Origin: the human T2T-CHM13v2.0 reference genome, Homo sapiens
Direction: 5' to 3' (one strand)
DNA length: 64,000 bases
Assembly: GCF_009914755.1 (NCBI RefSeq)
Contig: NC_060931.1
A program made the position numbers and the translations under genes. Positions 1-16,301 of the stretch are shown here, piece by piece (position 1 is the stretch's first letter; each line of letters starts with the position of its first letter). The notes beneath the pieces are model-generated. The model did not search any database, was not told the origin of the DNA, and was given only the letters and a program-made list of their open reading frames with translations.

Positions 1-1150
1 ATATAATATCAATCTTTGTCTCATGCTAGTAATTGACTCATTTTCTTTTGTGTGTCTATAAAGATTTTTTCTTTGTGCTACACTGGAGATTTCATAACAC
101 CTCTAAATGTTACCACAATATTTTTTAAACTGGTAAAAAAAAAATGACTTCAGTTGCATAGAAAAATTTGTCCTCATTATATCTACCCTATACATCTTAT
201 TGATGTTGATAATTATATCTTTTTATGTTTTATGATTATTTTTATGCTTATATCTTTGAAATTTTAAAGAATAACTAAAAATGTTTTCTGCATGATCACA
301 ATAATACCACAGATTTTTATTTTTTGTATATGCATATGTTTTTCAGAAAGTTATATATTTTCATATGATTATGTATTTTTTTCATCATGTTATTTTAAGC
401 GGCAGGACCTCTTTTCAGCATTTTATTTAGGGCACATGCAGTGCTTATATGCTTTTCCAGCATGTGTTTATTCTGGAAGATCTTTATTTTTTCTTTATTT
501 TGTAGTATATTTTTGCTGCATTTATTATTCTCACCATGAAGATTTTTTTTCAGCACTTTGACCATTGTACACAGTTCTTTTCTGACCTGCAAGCTTTCTG
601 TTGTCAAATGTGTCAGAGGACTATGCTTATAAATAATACCTCACTTTTATCTTATAGCTCCCAAGATTGTCTTCTGGCTAGTGACTTTTGAAACTTTGTT
701 TAAATATGTGTTATGGATCTTTTTGTGTATATCCTAGTTTGTTTAGCTTCTTCATTTCTTACATTATTTTTTTCTTACTTCTAAATTTTTTCACTTATTC
801 TTTTTTAATTCCATGATTGTTTTGTTTTTATTATTCCAAGCCTATTGTTGATATTCTTATTTTTCTAATTTTATTTAGGTGTCTGGTTTTCCATTTTTCT
901 CACTGAGCATAATATGGATTATCTTATGTTTTTAAAATTAATATATGCCTCTTTATTTTTGTAGTTGCTTTTTCAAAATTTTTGATTTTTTTGATTAGAC
1001 CATGTTGTCTTCATGTTTTGTATACATTGTAATCTTTGGTTGAGATTTAAACATTAACATAAAACTACCTTTCACGATCTTTATAATGCAGCTCTTTCCT
1101 GGCATAGCCTGAAACCAATTTTCTTTCTTGGCTAGAGATTCACAGAGTCT
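1..1150 (-). mobile_element. Highly decayed old LINE-1 (L1M) fragment in the last intron of the ZNF gene
   Basis: T-rich + strand; 70-160 resembles the antisense L1 sequence at 63560-63660 in this window; boundaries approximate. Confidence 0.5.
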
Positions 1151-1761
1151 CTCAAACATGTTCTCAGGATGTGTCTTGTCTGCAATTTTGTATTTATTTT
1201 TCCATTAAAAGACTTCTCCATGTTTCTTCTTACCAGTAGGTAGCTACTTTCCACACCTATTTTCTATCCATGTACTACAGTCTTTCTGCTGTTGTAACAT
1301 TCACCTTTGATCTCAAAAGACTTAAAGGTGTCATTTCAAAGCATACTACCATTTGATTCAGCACTTTCTATCATGGAAGACAGAAAGGCCTCCATAAGCC
1401 AAAAATAAAGATATAGGTGCCAGTATTTTTCTGGTCTTTTGTAATAAAAGCCAGTTTACTCCTAAAGACACCATGTTCTTCTATTGGGGATGAAGAAGGG
1501 CTGTGTTGGGTAAATGTATCAGACTTTTCTTTTCTGTCTATATGGCTCTTGGTATTGTGCCCACCTGGTGCACACACTTTATTTATAAATTTCCAGCAAA
1601 GGTATTTTGATCACTATGTTTTTGTTACATTTATACACCTATGAAGGAATTATGGCCTGTGGTAATTTGATATGCCATTTTGCTAAAGTACCTTGTATAA
1701 TTTTATATATTCGATTTGTAAAGTATATCTATCTGGGTGTAGTAAGTGAAGTAACTTGTGA

Positions 1762-2751
<990 letters not shown>

Positions 2752-2805
2752 TGTGATAAAGTCCAGCCTTCAGACCTTATAATACATAAAATAATTTATA
2801 CTTGA

Positions 2806-2916
<111 letters not shown>

Positions 2917-2972
2917 TAACAAAGCCTTTAAGCAGCCCTCAAACCTTAAGGAACCTAAGAGAATTTATTTGA

Positions 2973-3233
<261 letters not shown>

Positions 3234-3946
3234 CCTAAAAGAGTTTATATTAGAGAGACTCTATGAAGGTAAAAAATGTGACAAAGCCTTTAAGCACATC
3301 TCAGGCCTTACACAATATCAGATAATTCATTTTAGAGAGAAACCCTACAAAAACAAAAATGTAGTTAAAAGCTTTAGCTTTTAACTAGTCTTGAACCCTT
3401 ATTCTACATTAAGAAAATTAATACTGAAAAGAAACCCTACAATAAGGAATATGGAAATGTCTTTAAAAAGTCCTCAAATTTTTGTTTGAATAAATGTAAG
3501 ATAATTGATATTGGAGACAACCCCTGCAATTGTAAAAAAAAAAAAAATGTGGCAAAGCCTTTAACTGGTTCTCCATCCTTATTAATTAAAAATTTTATGC
3601 TGGAGAGAAACTCTACATACATAAAAAATGTAACACAGCATTTAACCACACCTCAAACTTTCTAACAAAGAGAAATCATCCTGTTGAGAAACTCCAGAAA
3701 TGTGTTAAATGTGGCAAGGCCTTTAAATGGTAGTCACACATTAGGGTAGGTAAGATAATTTATACTGAAGAAAACTCCTACAAAAATGAAAAATGTGGCA
3801 AAACTTTTAACAAATTCTCACACCTTATGGCACAAGAAAGCATTTATAACCAGAGAAAAATTGTACAAATACAAAGAATGTGAAAAGCCATTAATATCTG
3901 TTCACATCTTAATATCAGAAAGTTTATACTTAATAAAAGCATTATA

Positions 3947-4235
3947 AGCCAGGTGTGGTGGCTCATGACTGTAATCCCAGCACTTTGGGAGGCCAAGGCA
4001 GGTGGATCATGAGGTCCAGAGTTCAAGACCATCCTGGCCAACATGGTGAAACCCCATCTTTACTAAAAATAGAAAAATTAGCCAGGCATGGTGGCATGCA
4101 CCTGTAATCCCAGCTACTTAGGAAGCTGGGGCAGGAGAATTACTTGAACCCAGGGGGCGGAGGTTGCGGTGAGCCGAGACTGGGCCACTGTACTCCAGCC
4201 TGGGCAACACAGCAAGACTCCATCTCAAAAAAAAA
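3947..4235 (+). mobile_element. Alu (AluS-type)
   Basis: Full dimer with A tail; TSD-like aaaagcattata/aaaagtattata. Confidence 0.95.
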
Positions 4236-5307
4236 GTATTATACATGTGATTACTGTAAAAAGACCTTCAGAAAATATAGGCCTTTAAAGTAAGGACTGT
4301 TTATTCTGAAGACAAACATTTCAAACATAAAGAGGATTGTAGTACCTTTACTTGTAATATAGATTTTATTGTACACATTTTATATTAAAGGAAAACCCTG
4401 AAGCAGATGCTCAAACTTTGGTGAACGTCAGAGAATTTATATTTGAGAGAAAGCCTGAAAATGTAATGAATGTGAAAGAACATTTGTTCAAAAACTACAG
4501 CTTAGAAAACACCAGTTTCTACTAAAAAATATTTTTGCAGATGTAGCAAATGGGGAAAATATATTTAATCAAAAATTAAGTCTATATAAACATTTGAGAA
4601 TTCACAGTAGAAAGAATGAAGGCACTGAAACTTCAGACATTACACTAAATCAGGGTGCTAGTTATAAAAATGATCCAAAGCTAACATTATATACATTTTA
4701 ACGAAGTAGTTTTTTTTTTTGGAGATTTATAATTACATCCGAGGTATGCTTCTTTTTCTGTAAAAAAAATATACATTTTCTGAAAAGCAAATAATAATGT
4801 AACCCAAGTCTCGAGTTACCTCATGTTGATTCTTTCTTCCCATTGTTTGTGAAAGTATTTGATGAATTGTTGCATCAGAGATATGAGAGATTATTTTTTA
4901 TAGGTGTCCATTATTCATGAACTTTCCTATGAAAGAGTAAGGACATTAGGTTGTAACATGCATAATGAAAAATCTAAATGAAGAGGCTCTTTGTGGTTGA
5001 CTTACAAAATTGTTTTAGTGACGTATAAGGTGGGTGTTCACAGTAATATTCTGAATTCTAGTGAGAGGAAAACCTTTCAATGTTAGTAATAAATTATTTT
5101 ATCAATTGTACCTTTGTGTAATAAAATGCAATAAATTTAAAATTTTTTAAAGATTATGTATGAACTTAATTTTTTCATTAAACAAAATTGTTTTTAATGT
5201 GTTAAGACTTGTGCTTTGAAAGAAGGGTTGATTTGCTATCAATTTTAACGTGTCCCATCTTACTTAAGGTTCTAGGTTAAAGATGGTAACAATATAGTAT
5301 TTGTTAA

Positions 5308-5650
<343 letters not shown>

Positions 5651-5734
5651 TGCCAGCGGTTTTAGACTGCAAATAAGTTGAAGAATTTTGTTCCCATAGG
5701 TCAAATTTGTATTCTTTTTTATCTTATTTAAAAT

Positions 5735-5925
5735 TTTTTTAACTTTTGTGGGTAGATAGTGTGCATACACACTTAATGGCATGTATGAGATATTTTAACA
5801 CAGACATACAATATTTAATTATAACAGCAGAGTAAATGAGGTATTCATCACCTCGAGCATGTATTTATCCTTTGTATTACAAACAATCAACTTTTAGTTA
5901 TCTCAGTATGTGCAATTGAATTATT
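5735..5925 (-). mobile_element. L1MA-type 3'-end fragment
   Basis: Resembles the antisense L1MA 3' UTR (gagtaaatgaggtattcatcacctc...ttatcctttgtattacaaacaatc). Confidence 0.55.
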
Positions 5926-6116
5926 AACCATAGGGTCATTTTGTGATCATAAAAATTACATGAGTATAATTAATATCCATACATTTCTGAGTTGATTATT
6001 TTTTTAAATTTGTTTTATATATTTTTTTACATGTGACCTCTCTGCTGACAAACAAAAACAGACTTTTAGTTTTTATTTACATAGAGTTATATATACAAAT
6101 ATACTAAAGATACACC

Positions 6117-6442
<326 letters not shown>

Positions 6443-6624
6443 TTAGCAAGTGAGTGTGTTTGTGAGTTTGTATGCATTTTCAGAAGAAAAGAACAATATT
6501 GAAACAAAAAAGATCATTTTAATAAGGTGGATAATTAACTAGAAACCAAGAAACCTCAGAGATTCTGAAAAAAATACATACATATTCTGTGCCCTGTATT
6601 GAATTTGTAACTTTAAGATCTTAT

Positions 6625-8562
6625 ACACCCAAATCTTATCTCAAATTGTAATCCCCACATGTCAAGGAAGGGACTTGGTGGGAGGTGATTGGAATATGGG
6701 GATAATTTTCCCCCGTGCTGTTCTCATGATAGTAAGTGAGTTCTCAAAAGATCTGATGGTTTTATAAATGGTGGTTTTTTCTGCTTTCCCGCTCTCTTGC
6801 TGCCTAGTGAGGAAGGTATTTGCTTCTCCTTTGCCTTCCACCATAATTGTAGGTTTCTTTAGACCCTCCCCAGCCATGCAGAATTGTGAGTAAATTAAAC
6901 CTCCTTTCTGTATAAATTACCCATTCTTTGGTAGTATCTTTATAGTAGTGTGAAAACAGACTAATATAGAAAATTAATACTGGGAGTTTGGGGCACTGCT
7001 ATAAAGATAATTGAAAATGTGGAAGTGAATTTGGAACTGAGTAATAGGCAGAAGTTGAAAGTTTAGGGAGCTCAGAAAAAGAAATGTGGGAGAGTTTGGA
7101 ACTTCCTAGAGACTTGTTGAATGCTTTTGACCAAAATGCTAATAGCCATATGAATGATGAAGTCCATGTTGAGGTGGTCTCAGATGGAGATGAGAAACTT
7201 ATGTTTAAAATGGAAGCAGAATATAAAAATTTGGAAAATTTGCAGCCTGACCATGACGTAGAAAATAAAACCACATTTTTTGAAAAGAAATTCAAGGCAC
7301 TGCAGAAATTTGCAAAAGTAAAGAGAAGCTGAATGTTGATAGCCAAGACAATGGGGAAAATGTCTTCAGGTCATGTTAAAGATCTGAGGCAGGTCCTTCC
7401 ATCACAGGCCAGGAGCCCTAGGGAGAAACAATGGTTTCATGGTCGAGGCCCAGGGCCCCACTGCTCTGTGAAGCCTCAGGACTTGGTGTCCTGCATCCCA
7501 GCTGCTCCAGATCCAGCTGTGGCTAAAAGGGGCCAAGGTACAAGCTTGGGTTATTTCTTCAGAAAGTGCAATCCTCAAGCCTTGGTGGCTTCCGTGTGGT
7601 ATTGGGCATGTGAGTGCACATAAAACAAGAGTTGAGCTCTGGGAACCTCTGCCTAGATTTCAGAGGATGGATAAAAATGCTGGGATGTTCAGGCAGAAGT
7701 CTTCTACAGGGGCAGAGCCCTCATGGAGAACCTGTAATAGGGCAATGCAGAAGGGAAATGTGGGGTTGGAGCCCTCATGCAGAGTCCGCCCTGAAGCTGC
7801 CTACTGGAGCTGTGAGAAGGCCTCTATACTCCAGACCCCAGAATGACAGATCCACCATGAACTTGCACTGTGCACCTGGAAAAGCCACAGGCATTCAATT
7901 CCAGTCCATGAAGGAGCTGCTCAAGGCCACGAGGGCCCACCCCTTGAATCAGCATGGCCCAGGAGTGGGACATGAAGTCAAATGAGATCATCTCAGAGCT
8001 TTAAGATTTTATTACTGCCCCGTTGGAATTCAAACTTGCATGAGGCCTGTAGCTCTTTGGTTTTGGCAAATTTCTCACATTTGAAATGGAAGAATTTATC
8101 TAATGCCTGTACCCCCATTGTATCTTGGAAGTAACTAACTTGCTTTTGATTTACAGGCTCATAGGTAGCAGGGACGAGACTTTGGAGTTAGACTTTTGGG
8201 TTAATGCTAAAATGAGTTAAGAGTTTTGGGGACTGTTGGGAAAGCATGTTTGGTTTTGAAATATAAAAAGGGCATGAGATTTGGGAGCGGCCAGGAGCAG
8301 AATGATACCCGTCGTGTTTTCATGATAGTGAGTGAGTTGTCATGAGATCGGATGGTTTTATAAGTGGTAATTTTTCTGCTCTCCCTCTCTACTGCCACCT
8401 AGTAAAGAAGATACCTGCTTCTCTTTCACCTTCTGCCATTATTGTAAGGTTCTTGAGGCCTCCCCAGCCATGTGGAACTGTGAATCAACTAAACTTCCTT
8501 TCATTATAAATGTTCCAGTCTTGGGTAGTATCTCTACAGCAGTGTAAAAAGAGACTAATGCA
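6625..8562 (+). mobile_element. Near-complete THE1D (ERVL-MaLR) element: 5' LTR ~6625-6968, internal 6969-8302, internally deleted 3' LTR 8303-8562
   Basis: LTR motifs cccaaatctt...gtaatccccacatgtc...gactaata; internal ORF remnant MWESLELPRDLLNAFDQNA...VVSDGDE; purine-rich tract before TGATA at 8303. Confidence 0.9.
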
Positions 8563-9384
8563 CAAATATAAGATAGGACTATCTGTGTACTAGATGCTTC
8601 ATAATTAGCCATAGTTATTCCTGCTTGATTTTCTTTGTAACACTCAATCACAGATGGAAAATATTCATGGTGAAAATATAACATTGATTCTGCATGTGCA
8701 GAGGACATCAGTTCTTAGGTTGCAAAATGGCCTCTCTGAATTTAAATAAAAATTCTACTTTTTAAATTTTCTGATTATCTTTTGTTTTGTGACTTTTTAT
8801 GTTTATCCTAGTGATGTGTCCATCACAGCCCTTCCCGTTTATTTCTGTGCTATGGCTACAGCTTTCTCACTGTTCTCTCTGTGCCACATCATTTCACACA
8901 GTACTTTGTAGGTTCTGATGAGAAAATTGGAATTTTTTAATATGGTGAAAAACTGTGTTAAACTTGGGAGTTTCAGCTTATTTATAGCTTCTCAGTGTAG
9001 CTTCCACATAAGTTAATTGAGATAAGAGGCATACACTGTCCACAGGTGAGACAATTAAGTCAGATAGCACTATTTGTCTTTGTAAAAAAAATTTTTATTA
9101 GATTCTAAGACAAACTGAAGCATATACAAAATTATTTAGAAAATATATCTTAGAAATCTGAGGCAGGTGGATCACAAGTACAGGAGAGTTAATATTAATG
9201 GATAATTATTAAATGTAATTTTACGATATATTTATAGCACAACTTAAGTTTTCATGCAGGATCTTGTATTTTTGAGTGTGAATGTTAAATGTTGCAAATA
9301 AAATGAGCTCTATGAATTTAAAAATTGGAATAATATTTCCTTTTCATATTAATGTTACATATTATGAACATATAATGTTTCATA

Positions 9385-9850
9385 TTAATGTTACAATCTT
9401 GAGAGATTTTTCTATTATTTTATGATTATTTTTTAGTGGGTGAGATTCAGTCTACAGTTTTCACTTACTCACCTAACCGTAGCCAACATTTTGGTCATTT
9501 TCTCTGGGAAAATTTTGGAGATTATGGCAGATTTAGATTAAAACAATTACTCAGTTATTTTTCATGCAAAGATGTTTATTGTGTTCACAGAGTGACCAAT
9601 CATGTGACAGGTGGCAACACCTGATTTTTAGTGTCTTCCACTACATTGCCGTCAGCACCAGAAACTAAAGGTTTCCAAGCGAAAGTAAAAGCCCTGAAGT
9701 ATATTGGCTCCTCCCATGTTCTGCTGGACCCAGAATATGCTGTAAATATCCGAGTTTCTATTGCTATTGCTGACAAGTTAAATAACAGAAACAGCACAGA
9801 AAAACTGAGTTATCTTTAAGTTCTATCTAGGTGATGGTATTAATATTGTA
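9385..9850 (+). pseudogene. Vomeronasal type-1 receptor (VN1R/V1R) pseudogene fragment, about TM1-TM4 and the following loop
   Basis: Frameshifted translation HLTVANILVIFSGKILEIMA / RLKQLLSYFSCKDVYCVHRVTNHVTGGNT* / SVFHYIAVSTRN* / QAKVKALKYIGSS / CWTQNML / NNRNSTEK follows V1R motifs (HLxxAN, CKxVxYxHRV, LSVFQAITISP, LKVKAPKYIG, CWxxNMLVN). Confidence 0.85.
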
Positions 9851-9874
9851 ATTGCTTATAAGATAGCAAGAATT

Positions 9875-10212
<338 letters not shown>

Positions 10213-10523
10213 TTATTTCTCTTCTAAATGTAAATGGTAAATAGGGTTTCTATGATCATAAGCATATAAGGTATTTTAAGATGATCACTAAGATTAGAAC
10301 AAAATTCATAGGCTTTTAGCAACATAAATTTTAATTTTTTTCTAATAGAAGTGAAGAAGCAATAGAAATAAGTTGTTAAAATGAGTTCAAGGAAACTACA
10401 CATGTGGTCATTAAATAATATTTAAAACCATGTTGTAAGTGACTGGTTAGTAATTGTAATTTGTTTCATTTTAGTCACTGAGAAAACAATATGCTTTAAT
10501 CATTCTATATGAAAAAGTATTCT

Positions 10524-10818
10524 TTTTTTTTTTTTTTTTGAGACAGAGTTTCGCTCTGTCACCCAGGATAGGGTGCAGTGGCGTGACCTCAGCTAACTGC
10601 AACCTCTGCCTCTCAGATTCAAGTGATTCTCCTGTCTCAGCCTGTTGAATAGCTGGGATTACAGGCACGTGCCACCATGCCCAGCTAATTTTTGTATTTT
10701 TAGTAGAGACAGGGTTTCACCATGTTGGCCAGGCTGGTCTCGAGCTCCTCACCTCGTGATCTGCCCATCTCGGCCCCCCAAAGCGCTGGGATTATAGGCG
10801 TGAGCCACTGCACTTGAC
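10524..10818 (-). mobile_element. Alu
   Basis: Antisense dimer; 14-bp TSD tgaaaaagtattct (10510-10523 and 10819-10832). Confidence 0.95.
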
Positions 10819-10935
10819 TGAAAAAGTATTCTTATATTAGTGTTTTCAAAACTTTCAGAAACTTTAGACCACTCAATGAATAATGATGTACATTTAGATC
10901 ACAAATTTTAAATAAAATAATAGGCTTATTCTAGC

Positions 10936-11246
<311 letters not shown>

Positions 11247-11544
11247 TAATATAAAAGATATTTTTCAAAAGTACCATTAGTGACTCTTTTAAGTAATGGG
11301 AGGAATAAGGTCATTAGAAACCATTTACCAACCAAAATATTTGTGATAGGCTTTGTTTTGAGCCCTTTGAACCCTAAATGAAGTTCTCTATACTATCTAG
11401 GGGTGAAAAAAGTTGTTTTTAAATTCTGCTTCATTTCTAATAAATTAGAAAATTCAAAGCAAAAATGTTAAATAAAAAATGGAAAAAAAAATTGAGTGAG
11501 AGGGGGCTGGCCATAAGGGCTAATATTAAAGCTCGCTATCTGGT

Positions 11545-11745
11545 GGTCCCTGATTACATCCTGGTTCTGCCACTTATGGGCTGTGTGACCTGGAGACAGT
11601 TTCTTGACATCTCTGTGCTTGACTCTTCAGCTGTACAGTAAGGATAATACTGCCTAAATCCTAGGGTTTTGATAAAATTAAAGCAATTAATACAAATGAA
11701 GGTGTCAGAAGAGTGCCCAGCATAGAGCGAGTGTACAGAAAATTT
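11545..11745 (+). mobile_element. MIR SINE
   Basis: MIR core atcctggttctgccactta...ctgtgtgacctg...ctctgtgctt. Confidence 0.75.
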
Positions 11746-12245
11746 ATTAGCTCTGGTGATTTGTAAAGTTTTTTAGATCAGGACCAATGTTAAGCCTGGG
11801 ATCAACAAGGTGGCCACACCAGGGGGTTGTAATTTATGTTCATTTTAATTGGTCAGTTTGGGACTATAATAGTCGATGGATATTTTTAATACTATCCTTG
11901 GCAAATTTTCATATATTCTCATACAGCATGAATATAAATACTAAAAAGAGATCCCTCATCTTGTTCTGCTCTTTACCACTCTAGTAACACTAGAGAATAA
12001 GCACTTAAATGCTGAGTGTTGTCAGTTTTAAAATTAGAGAAAGAGGCAAATTGTTTTCTGATCTATTTGTTTAATAAATTCTTTTTTGCCAGCTAATTTT
12101 TTATGTTCACTTTATAAATTTAAAGGTAGTTTAAAATATATATTTAAATAACTTTATAAGTGAAGAAAATCATTTATGTTGAGAAGATTTTACTTTAAAC
12201 AGTTGCTTTAGAGTCTGTCTTTGAAAGTATTCTATTATCAAATAA

Positions 12246-12583
12246 GGCCAGGCACAGTGGCTCACGCCTGTAATCCGAGCACTTTGGGAGGCTGAGGCAA
12301 GTGGATCTCCTGAGGTCGGGAGTTTGAGACCAGCCTGACCAACATGGAGAAACCCCGTCTCTACTAAAAATGCAAAACTAGCTGGACATGGTGGCACATG
12401 CCTGTAATCCCAGCTACTTGGGAGGCTGAGGCAGGAGAATCGGTTCAGCCTGGGAGGCAGAGACGGCAGTGAGCCGAGACTGCACCATTGCACTCCAGCC
12501 TGGGCAACAAGAGCAAAACTCCGTCTCAAAAAAAAAAAGAAAAAGAAAAAGAAAGAAAGAAAGAGAAAGAAAAAGAAAGAAAG
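12246..12583 (+). mobile_element. Alu with A/GAAA-expanded tail
   Basis: Full dimer. Confidence 0.95.
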
Positions 12584-12809
12584 AATTGTATTATTCTGAA
12601 CAGTAATAATTAACATTTTATTATTGAGTGGTAGGTTCAGACTATTCACAATATCAAAAGTTTACTTATCTACATCACTAAGTAAGCAAGCCATGTGTAA
12701 TTAAAAATATATGTATATTTTCCTGAAATTATAAGATATGAAGAAACATTTATTTCTCTGGCCCAGTTTTTTAAAGTTAATTTAAAAAAAAACATGTATT
12801 ACTAGTATA

Positions 12810-13300
12810 TTTGGTTGACTAATCAAAATTGTATACATTTATGGGGTACAGAGTAATGTTTTGATATATGTATAAAATATGAACTAAGTCAATTAACATA
12901 TCTATCACCTCACTTACCTAGCATTTTTTGTGGTGAGACATTAAAACTTACTGTTAGTTATTTTGAGATATACAATACATTATCATTGACTATAATCACT
13001 CTACTGTGCAATAGATCTCAAAATCTCTTTGTCCTGTCTGTAAAACTTTGCATTCTTTTATCAACAACTGCCTCTGGTAACCAATTATTCCACATTCTAC
13101 TTTGTAAATAACAAATACAACTTTATTAGATTCTACATACAAGTGAAATCATGCAGTATTTTTCTTGTGTGTCTGGGTTATTGTACTCAGCAAATATTCT
13201 CTAAATTTATCCTTATTTTTTCAATTGACAATATTTCCCTCTTTTCAAGGCTACATAGTATTCCATTGTGTATACTATTATTCTAAACGTATATACCACC
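12810..13300 (-). mobile_element. L1M(A) 3'-end fragment
   Basis: aaaattgtatacatttatggggtac...ttagattctacatacaagtgaaatcatgcagtattt...tagtattccattgtgtat. Confidence 0.75.
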
Positions 13301-13490
13301 TTTAAAATAAAATTGTAATTCAAATATATATTCATCTATTGGTTGGAAAACTCATGTGTAATGGAAAAATATTTGTGTGAAAGCATGTATCAACATAATT
13401 CAGCATATAAATATCTCATTAATAATAGCTAATTTGTACTGAGCACTAACAATAACACTATACATGTGTTAATAAATTTTGTTGTCACAT

Positions 13491-13868
13491 TGATGTGGTC
13501 TGGCTGTGTCCACACCCAAATGTAATTTTGAATTTTAGTTCCCATAATTCCTATGTGTCATGGGAGACACCTGGTGGGAGGTAATTGAATCCTGTGGTCA
13601 GTTTCCCTCATTCTGTTCTCATGATAGTGAGTGAGTTTGCATAAGATCTGCTGGTTTTTATAAGGGACTTTTCTCCCTTTTGCTCAGCACGTTTTCTCTT
13701 CTTATCACCATACGAAACAGGATGTGTTTGCTTCCCCTTTCATTATGATTGTAAGTCTCCTGAGGCCTCCCCAGCCATGCTGAACTGTGAGTCAAATTAA
13801 CCTCTTTCCTTTATAATTTACCTAGTCTTGGGTGTGTCCTTATAGCAGTGTGAGAATGGACTAATAGA
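13491..13868 (+). mobile_element. THE1 (B/C-type) solo LTR nested in a MIR (MIR remnants ~13430-13490 and 13870-14000)
   Basis: Starts TGATGTGG...cccaaat, ends gactaataga; flanks cacat/cacag resemble a 5-bp TSD. Confidence 0.9.
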
Positions 13869-14289
13869 CACAGTAACCTAATAACAAAGGTATTATGAGC
13901 CTCAATTTATAAAGAAAGAAACAGAGCCAGAGAGAGAAATAACTTGCTCACAATAGCAGAGCCAGTATTAAAACACAAGCAACTTTGACTCCAGGGATAA
14001 TACTCTTGAATACAACAATAAAAACCCTTTCAAACAGAAAAGAAGTTACCTTTAACATCCATTCTTAAAAATTTGACAAAAATTAAAAAGGATACATTTG
14101 TATTGTTATATATGTATGTATGTGAATATATAATATAAATGAAAAATACTTCATATAAGCCAGAAAAAGATAATTATTTTAATGAATAAAATTGGAAAGC
14201 AGTGAAATTATTATTCGCAGATGATATCTTTGTTTACTTAGAAACACAACAAAAGCAACTGAAAGGCTATTTTAGGTATCTATTCAGGA

Positions 14290-14620
14290 GGGTAGGCAAA
14301 ATTCTCAGATGACCCTCAGGTTCCCACTTCAGTGCACACCTGCTGTGTATCCTTTTCTCCTGAGTGTGAGAAAATGTGTGTGACTGTGGTGGGACATTTT
14401 TCACGTAATTAGGTTACTAATGTATTGGCTTCCTGTTTATCATAAGAGAAATTATCTTGATTAGACTAAATTTAATCGGAGGTGTTTTTAAAAGAAAAAG
14501 CACCTCATGGAAAAACACCCCTGCTTCCCTGAAATTAATCAAACTTCTAGGTAAGCCATGTTGTAAGCTGCTTATGGTGGCCACATGGCCAGGGATATAT
14601 TTGTATACTGCCTCCATTTC
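14290..14620 (+). mobile_element. MLT1-type MaLR LTR fragment
   Basis: ggcaaaattctcagatgaccc...agagaaattatcttgattagactaaatttaatc...ggccacatggccaggga. Confidence 0.6.
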
Positions 14621-16301
14621 TGCCTTCAACATGTTGCTTTCTGTAGGGATAATTGGAGGATCTCATGGCAGAGAAAAGAGAAGAGATCTCACTTATGCAA
14701 GAAATAATCACCCTTCATCTGGGACAGCTTAATAAAAACAGAGGCCAGAACATGACCACATGAATGGGAAACAAAGGCAACTTGGTTGCAAGGGCTCCCT
14801 GGCATTAGGAAGCAATGTTTACACAGCCGAAGTAAATGATCAGCCTCTGGGATACCAACAGTCTACCAACAAGGCTGAATTCATTCTCATTCTGATTAAA
14901 TTAGCATTTCTGTTCCATTCTGTTAACTCAGTTTTACATAATTCATGACAAAAATACCAGGCAGACCAGTAAGTACTCTCCTAGAATTGAACTTATCATG
15001 AAAAAGCATACCCAATTATTTAATTTCAACACTGGAAAATGTTGAAAAAATAATGAACTTATCAATAATAATTTGACATTGAAATTTCAGAGAATTCTAC
15101 TCTTCTGTAATAGAATATCGAACTTTGAACATCTTAACATATTTCTTGAATGCACAAATTGTGATGTAGATCATTTCTCTTTTAGATTAACACAATAAGA
15201 CTAACAATTAGAGAGAACATTTGAAATAAAATAACAGTCATCAGAACCACATCTTTCAATGCCTTGGCATAATTGCCATGCTCTTTGAAATGGTCAAGAA
15301 GCAAAGACAAGATTTTGGCTTTGCCCAATTATTAAGTACTTGACCTTTTAAAATCTAATATCCTGGCTAAAAAATTAGGAGGGAATATTTTTTAGGTGGC
15401 TGCCTACAGTGTCAAAGGCAATATGAGAAGAATTTTGATAGTTAGGCAGGAAAATGCATATTACATACCCACACTACTCTTCTCTGATTTGCTTTAACAT
15501 TGAAAGATTGGAAACTGCAAATCTAGTCCCTCAATTGAGGGTAAATTAACAAAGGTTCATGTCTCAGCTGAGCAAGTTATTGTATGAAACTTATAGGTAA
15601 CAGATATCATTAGCTGCAAAAAACAAAATAGTATGACTACATTCAGTAACAATCTAGCCATGCAAATGATAGACCAATTAGATTAGTATCCTAATAGTGC
15701 ATGAAAAAAGAATTTATGTGCAATATTGTGACCCTCCCCCAAGCACTTTTTCTGTCTCCTTACAGAGATACGAGTTTTTCCTGAATGACTCAGGGTGAAT
15801 ACTGGGAACTGAGAATGCTCAGTGTTCAGAGTTGATACCGGGAACATAGTTAACCACATTTCTTCTATGTTATAAAGAAATTTTATGAATCTTACTCTGC
15901 CCCAGAAAGGCTTTTAGCAAAAGATTGTTCATGTATAACACTCTATTTGGATTCACGGAAATTTTAAATATTCCATTTAAGTCAGAGACACTGAAATGTC
16001 AACCAAATTTCATAAAACATATTTGAATGAGATCAAGCCTTTCTTAGCTAAGAATTTTATTTCATTAGTACATTTAGAGGAAAATAATAAATGTGTGTAC
16101 TTTAGGCCAGATCACAGTGTTTGCCACATGGGAACGATTCAGACAAGTGCTCTTCATCATTACTCTTAAAGTAGCACTAGCAAAACGCCCATTTCCTGGC
16201 ACCAGCTGGCCTGTTTTTCACTGATATGAAGTGCAGAAGGCATTGAAACAGTGAAGAAGGGTGATATAAATGGAATGAAGTACAATTGTTAATAAAAAGT
16301 A

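Noticed and set aside
7084-7985. Chain of + strand ORFs of 78-123 aa
   Set aside because: Fragmented THE1 internal ORF, not a host gene
14630-16300. Unique-looking sequence considered as a processed pseudogene (e.g. BNIP3P or TRIM60P types found in ZNF clusters)
   Set aside because: No recognisable coding motifs by eye; needs BLASTX to settle
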